Source of the DNA: Candidatus Obscuribacterales bacterium
GTDB taxonomy: Bacteria > Cyanobacteriota > Vampirovibrionia > Obscuribacterales > Obscuribacteraceae
Direction of reading: 5' to 3'
DNA length: 64,000 nucleotides
Assembly: GCA_965228855.1 (NCBI GenBank)
Contig: CBDDIJ010000003.1
Span: 992,001 to 1,056,000, forward strand
Each line of letters starts with the position of its first letter. Positions within the stretch are counted from its first letter, which is position 1. The position numbers and the translations under genes are program-made. Below the pieces are notes generated by a model. It did no database searches. It was not told the origin of the DNA and saw nothing but the letters and a program-made list of their open reading frames with translations. Below are positions 59,671 through 64,000 of this stretch, one piece after another.

Positions 59671-60882
59671 ATGAGTAATCGAGTTGAATTTAGCCCTGAG
59701 ATAGTCAGACTGGCTCAGGCGCGAGCCCAGGAAAGTGGCTCGAATCTGGCTAATGAACTTGCCAGATTAGCCGTGGAAGAGGTCATCATGAATGCTGACC
59801 CGGAACTCGACCTGGTTATCGAGTCTGAAAACGCGTTGAGCTCCATCGACTCCGTTGTCGCCGCCGTCGGTGCTAACGATGTCGTGGTGAATGGTCGCCA
59901 TATAGATGTACGTGCCATCGATGAAGACGGTTATGTGGAAGTGTCTAAGGCTCTTGTTGGAACACCGGCACTATCATCGGGAACGCTTGTGGTTGCACTC
60001 GACGGTCGTACGGGCGCGAAGGTGGTAGCACATGTTAAAGCCGGAAGCTGGTTGAATGCCGAACAGGGCACCAGCGATACCGAGCCGGTGCGAGTCGATG
60101 TCGAGCAAGCCGATGATTTCGATGCGGTTGCCACCATCAGTGGTATCTGTCAGCGTGTGCATATTCCGCTCGATAAAACTAAGCTCCCGGAAACAAGCGA
60201 CCTCGAGAAATTTCTCAATCACCCGAGTTCGATGATTTTGGCGCGTCAAAAGCAGATGGTCACGGCGCTTTGTGCGAAGAGTGAGCTGAGAGAGATAGCT
60301 CGCGAAATCAAAGTCGACCTTTCCCGCGGTGTCGTAAACAGGATGCTGCGTGCCGAATCTACCTGGAATCGCCGCACGGAAGAAGTGGTCGACAAATTAG
60401 CTCCTAAATTCAAATCGTTGACTCGCGAAGAATTGAAAAAGCATGTCACCATGACAGGTGAAGAATTGGGAGGTCAGCCTGAAGCACCGGCATTTAGAAA
60501 AGCACTTCTGAAGCGCGTCTCGGCCGACGAGCTCTCGGTTCGCCTTGGCGGCACAGCAGCCAGTAAGGTACGAAGCTTGTACGAACAGATCATCAGCGGT
60601 AAATCTGCAAGCGAGGCAGTTAAGTCGATTATTAAAAACAACGTTGCTGTTGACCTGGCTTCGGCAATCAAAGCCAAGCGTGGCAAAGTCGAAGGCTTCT
60701 TCGCCGCAACGGCGGAGGAAATTGGAGCGGCATTCCAACAACTCGCGTTGCAACCGGCTTATGCGACTCACAGCAGTAAAGATGAAGGCATCGATTCAAT
60801 CAACGAAGCACTCGTCTTACTCGAAGCCGGTGATGTCGCTGAAAGCGTCAGAGCCATGGAAAATGAGCTGATTGAGAGCTGA
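59671..60882 (+). CDS. Hypothetical protein, DUF1822/PD-(D/E)xK-like N-terminus and helical C-terminus
   Basis: NELARLAV...NDVVVNGRHIDVR...TLVVALD...AKVVAH. Co-oriented with the sigma-like gene. Confidence 0.55.
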   Translation: MSNRVEFSPEIVRLAQARAQESGSNLANELARLAVEEVIMNADPELDLVIESENALSSIDSVVAAVGANDVVVNGRHIDVRAIDEDGYVEVSKALVGTPALSSGTLVVALDGRTGAKVVAHVKAGSWLNAEQGTSDTEPVRVDVEQADDFDAVATISGICQRVHIPLDKTKLPETSDLEKFLNHPSSMILARQKQMVTALCAKSELREIAREIKVDLSRGVVNRMLRAESTWNRRTEEVVDKLAPKFKSLTREELKKHVTMTGEELGGQPEAPAFRKALLKRVSADELSVRLGGTAASKVRSLYEQIISGKSASEAVKSIIKNNVAVDLASAIKAKRGKVEGFFAATAEEIGAAFQQLALQPAYATHSSKDEGIDSINEALVLLEAGDVAESVRAMENELIES

Positions 60883-60909
60883 TAATCAGGCTCGTCCGAG
60901 AAGGTATTG

Positions 60910-60937
60910 GGCGTAGTACCGCATGTGGTGCTACGCC
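60910..60937 (+). terminator. Hairpin/terminator after the sigma-like operon
   Basis: GGCGTAGTACC-gcatgt-GGTGCTACGCC followed by TGATTT. Confidence 0.6.
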
Positions 60938-61203
60938 TGATTTCTGATGCGGTCTCTTATGTTTGACTCCGGAAATCTTTTAAGGTGGAGACGTGAGCGA
61001 AATCTGTTTCAAGCGATATCTGTGCACGGCTTTGCCAAGTGGGTTATCCTTAACTGTGCGGGGCTGACGCGGTGCGTTGCCATTAAGTGGCAATCGGAGC
61101 AAATTCCTGCTTCAATAGCCTTAACCGCTTGCTGGGAGAAACATCGCGCTCTCTTGCCGGTTGCGAAGAGTGAATCGCTGAGTTTGGAGAAGAAAGGAAT
61201 CAT

Positions 61204-62997
61204 ATGAAATCAACGACCTTGAGTCGGGTCCTTTGCAGTCTTATCGTTCTGTTGTCAGGAATCTCTCTCCCCTCACAGGGTGCAACCTCTGAGTCCGGTC
61301 AGAAATCCGAGTCCAGCCAAAAAACTGACGGTCAGAAAAACGAATCCGCTCAGAAGGTTGTGCTTGACTCCATGCACAAAGAATTGGATCGCTCTTTTGA
61401 GAAGCTCAAGAAAGCTGGTGATGCGCCGGTTTACTATCTCGGCTACCGGCTCTATGACGTCGATTCGCTCTATATATCAGGCGAGTATGGTGCGCTCACT
61501 CGCAACGTCGTGCCTGACCATGACCGCATCTTGAACGTTGATCTTCGGGTCGGATCTCCGAAAATCGATAATACGCACCGGTCCCGTGATTCGGACGCAT
61601 TCAGTGTCGTGAGAAGTTCAGCCGGCTCGTCGCGACTGTTTGTTCCACTCGAGAATAACGAACTTGCCCTTCGTCAGGCAATCTGGTTAGAAACCGACGA
61701 CGCTTTCAAACAAGCTCAACAACAGTTTGCTCGCGTTCAAGCCGGGAAGGAAGTCAACGTTACTGAAGAGGATAGCTCGGACGATTTTTCCACGGAGGCT
61801 GCGCAAAAATTCACGGTTGAACCCAAAGCTTTCGATGTCGATCAAGAGAAGTGGAAGGTTATTGTCAAGCGGCTGTCCGCGATCTATAAAAATTACCCTG
61901 AGATTTACGATTCGTCAGTCATCTTCACTGCAAAACTGACCAAGCGCTACCTGGTCAATAACGAAGGTTCGGAGATTGCTGATTCACGAACAGACTATCG
62001 CCTTTACACAATGGCTCAGGCCAGGGCAGAGGACGGTATGGACATGTGGCTATATGATGATGTGGCTGCAGTCAAACTGGATGAGATGCCTTCAGAAGAA
62101 GAGCTCACAAAGCTCATCAACGGCGTCGCGGATAATCTGGTGAAGCTAAGCAAGGCGCCTAAGGCCGATCCCTATGTCGGTCCTGCCATCCTGCGCAGCA
62201 AAGCTGCCGGAGTGTTCTTCCACGAAGTTTTCGGTCACCGAATGGAAGGTCACAGGCAAAAGGATGAGAAAGAGGGCCGCACATTCACAAAACAAATGAA
62301 TCACGAGGTTATGCCGGAGTTCATTAGCGTTCTCGACGATCCGACGCTGAAAACGCTCGGCAATATACACCTTAATGGCTTCTACGAATACGATGACGAA
62401 GGTGTTCCAGCCCAGAAAGTCACGCTCGTCGATAAGGGCGTGCTCAAATCATTTTTGATGTCACGCTCGCCGGTCGAAGGTTTCCCAAAATCAAACGGCC
62501 ACGGACGTTGCGATCCGAAATACAATCCGGTCGCTCGCATGGGCAATTTGATGGTTAAGTCCGAGAAAACCGTTCCATATGAAGACCTCCGCCAGATGCT
62601 CATTGACGAGTTGAAAAAACAGAAAAAGAGTTACGGACTGGTGTTTGATGATATCGCCGGTGGTTTCACGACAACGTCCACTCGAGCAGGTCAGATGTAT
62701 AGCTTGCAGCCACTGATTGTGACCAAAGTATTTGCGGATGGCAGACCGGATCAGCTTGTGCGCGGGGTTAAAATTGTGGGGACGCCACTCACTGCTCTCG
62801 AGAAAATAATTTGCGCTGCCGACGATGATGGAACGTTTAACGGCATCTGCGGCGCTGAATCGGGCAGCGTTCCAGTTTCAGCCTCTTCGCCCAGCCTTCT
62901 GGTCGGTGCGATTGAAGTTGAACTGAAAGAGAAACGCGCGGACAAGCCCCCAATTCTTCCTCCTCCGTTGCTGGACAAGTCGGAGGACAAGAAGTGA
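61204..62997 (+). CDS. TldD/PmbA family metalloprotease with signal peptide
   Basis: FFHEVFGHRMEG, DDEGV, SNGHGR and CGAESG. Confidence 0.9.
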   Translation: MKSTTLSRVLCSLIVLLSGISLPSQGATSESGQKSESSQKTDGQKNESAQKVVLDSMHKELDRSFEKLKKAGDAPVYYLGYRLYDVDSLYISGEYGALTRNVVPDHDRILNVDLRVGSPKIDNTHRSRDSDAFSVVRSSAGSSRLFVPLENNELALRQAIWLETDDAFKQAQQQFARVQAGKEVNVTEEDSSDDFSTEAAQKFTVEPKAFDVDQEKWKVIVKRLSAIYKNYPEIYDSSVIFTAKLTKRYLVNNEGSEIADSRTDYRLYTMAQARAEDGMDMWLYDDVAAVKLDEMPSEEELTKLINGVADNLVKLSKAPKADPYVGPAILRSKAAGVFFHEVFGHRMEGHRQKDEKEGRTFTKQMNHEVMPEFISVLDDPTLKTLGNIHLNGFYEYDDEGVPAQKVTLVDKGVLKSFLMSRSPVEGFPKSNGHGRCDPKYNPVARMGNLMVKSEKTVPYEDLRQMLIDELKKQKKSYGLVFDDIAGGFTTTSTRAGQMYSLQPLIVTKVFADGRPDQLVRGVKIVGTPLTALEKIICAADDDGTFNGICGAESGSVPVSASSPSLLVGAIEVELKEKRADKPPILPPPLLDKSEDKK

Positions 62998-63059
62998 TGC
63001 TTAAATTCAAACTGTTGATGAGCGATAAAAAGTTTCAATTAAATTCCAAGGAGACAGGC

Positions 63060-64000
63060 TTGTCTGAACTTACTTCGAAACCTAAGAGCGCATTGAAGTC
63101 TTCTTTTGCATTTATGCTCGTCGCCGCAGTGGCGTTCTCCACCTGCGTCACGCCAGCGTTAGCAAAGGATAAGAAGAAGAAAGATGCGGCCGAGTCTGCC
63201 ATCGCCCGTGATACCGTCGATAACAAGCCGAAAGTATTAAAAGAGGAAAACGGCAAAATATATCTGTCGAAGAATGAAAACGACGTTCTCTTCGACGCGC
63301 TTACGGACGAGATGAAGCGCTCGGCTGAGAGGTTGAAACTGGGTACGCATGGACTGCCGTACTTCGTTCAATACAAAGTTCTTGAAACCGAGATGCTCTA
63401 TTTGAGCGCCAGTTGCGGCGCACTGACTTCTGAGAACAACACCCACTACAGACGACTCTACACTGATATTCGGGTTGGCGACTACGACCTCGACAGCTCG
63501 AAAGATTCGGGCTCGATGAGTTCTCTGTTTGGACGCCTCTCAGGCAGCGGCAAAGAACTTCCGGTTGAAGACGATTATGAAGCATTGCGGCATGAAATCT
63601 GGCTCGCCAGTGATAGCAACTATAAAGACGCTATTGAGGGTTACGAAGATAAGAAGGCGCGCTTGAGAGCGAAACCGGAAACGGATCGCCTTGGTGATAT
63701 GACTAAGGAAACTCCTGTCGTTTTTATAAAACCCGCTCTAAAGCTCAAGGTCGACGAGGATAAGTGGAAGAAAGTCACCAAAGACCTGTCTTCGATTTTC
63801 TTGAAATATCCGGAAATTGATAATGCGGTAGTTCACTTCAGCTCTCAGGTTTCTAACGCCTGGCTCGTCAACAACGAAGGTTTCAAACATAGAGATGGGC
63901 ATGTACAGACGCTTTTGTCAGTGCTAGCGAAAATTCGGAGCAAAGACGGGCAGACTTATGCGGACGTTGAAATCGTAGCGGCTGAGAGACCCGAGGAGAT
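63060..64000 (+). CDS. Second TldD/PmbA-like protein with signal peptide (3' truncated)
   Basis: Open frame to the window end. 'VLFDALTDEMKRSAERLKLG...PYFVQY...DIRVGDY...LRHEIWL' parallels the upstream gene. AAGGAG RBS before TTG (alternative ATG at 62997). Confidence 0.8.
   Translation, partial: MSELTSKPKSALKSSFAFMLVAAVAFSTCVTPALAKDKKKKDAAESAIARDTVDNKPKVLKEENGKIYLSKNENDVLFDALTDEMKRSAERLKLGTHGLPYFVQYKVLETEMLYLSASCGALTSENNTHYRRLYTDIRVGDYDLDSSKDSGSMSSLFGRLSGSGKELPVEDDYEALRHEIWLASDSNYKDAIEGYEDKKARLRAKPETDRLGDMTKETPVVFIKPALKLKVDEDKWKKVTKDLSSIFLKYPEIDNAVVHFSSQVSNAWLVNNEGFKHRDGHVQTLLSVLAKIRSKDGQTYADVEIVAAERPEE

Overview
Bacterial chromosomal window of roughly 50% GC with dense coding and no rRNA, tRNA, CRISPR array or intact prophage that I could recognise. 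The gene set (recO-glyA-MraY/WecA-type glycosyltransferase order, zwf-opcA-pgl-gnd, HEAT-repeat M1 aminopeptidase, large acidic Ser/Thr kinases) suggests a cyanobacteria-related lineage such as Vampirovibrionia/Obscuribacterales; this is inference only. Housekeeping and metabolic blocks are Fe-ADH/SCP2/PfkB, selD-yedF, the oxidative pentose phosphate operon, glycosylation and deoxysugar genes, malic enzyme, a Tat-exported SOD, PepN and a secreted TldD-like pair. The most interesting items are: (1) a locus at 54.8-60.9 kb with a sigma-70-like protein fused to three ComEA-type HhH domains, a DUF1822/PD-(D/E)xK-like partner, and, divergently, a trypsin-TM-DUF4384 membrane protease plus a secreted DUF4384 protein, which together may form a proteolytic transmembrane signalling system; (2) a dispersed palindrome TAAACCGATATCGGTTTA in 6 copies, mostly just after stop codons and with covarying flanks; (3) a Frz/Wsp-like chemosensory operon with a sensor-less cytoplasmic MCP, followed by a kinase-less PAS-IDR-REC-pseudoHPt protein; (4) an IS1595-derived protein whose DDE core appears replaced by a DprA-like winged helix; (5) short linear motif repeats in a 1528-aa kinase; (6) two small membrane ORFs missed by the ORF track. 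All family assignments are by eye from motifs, without database searches.
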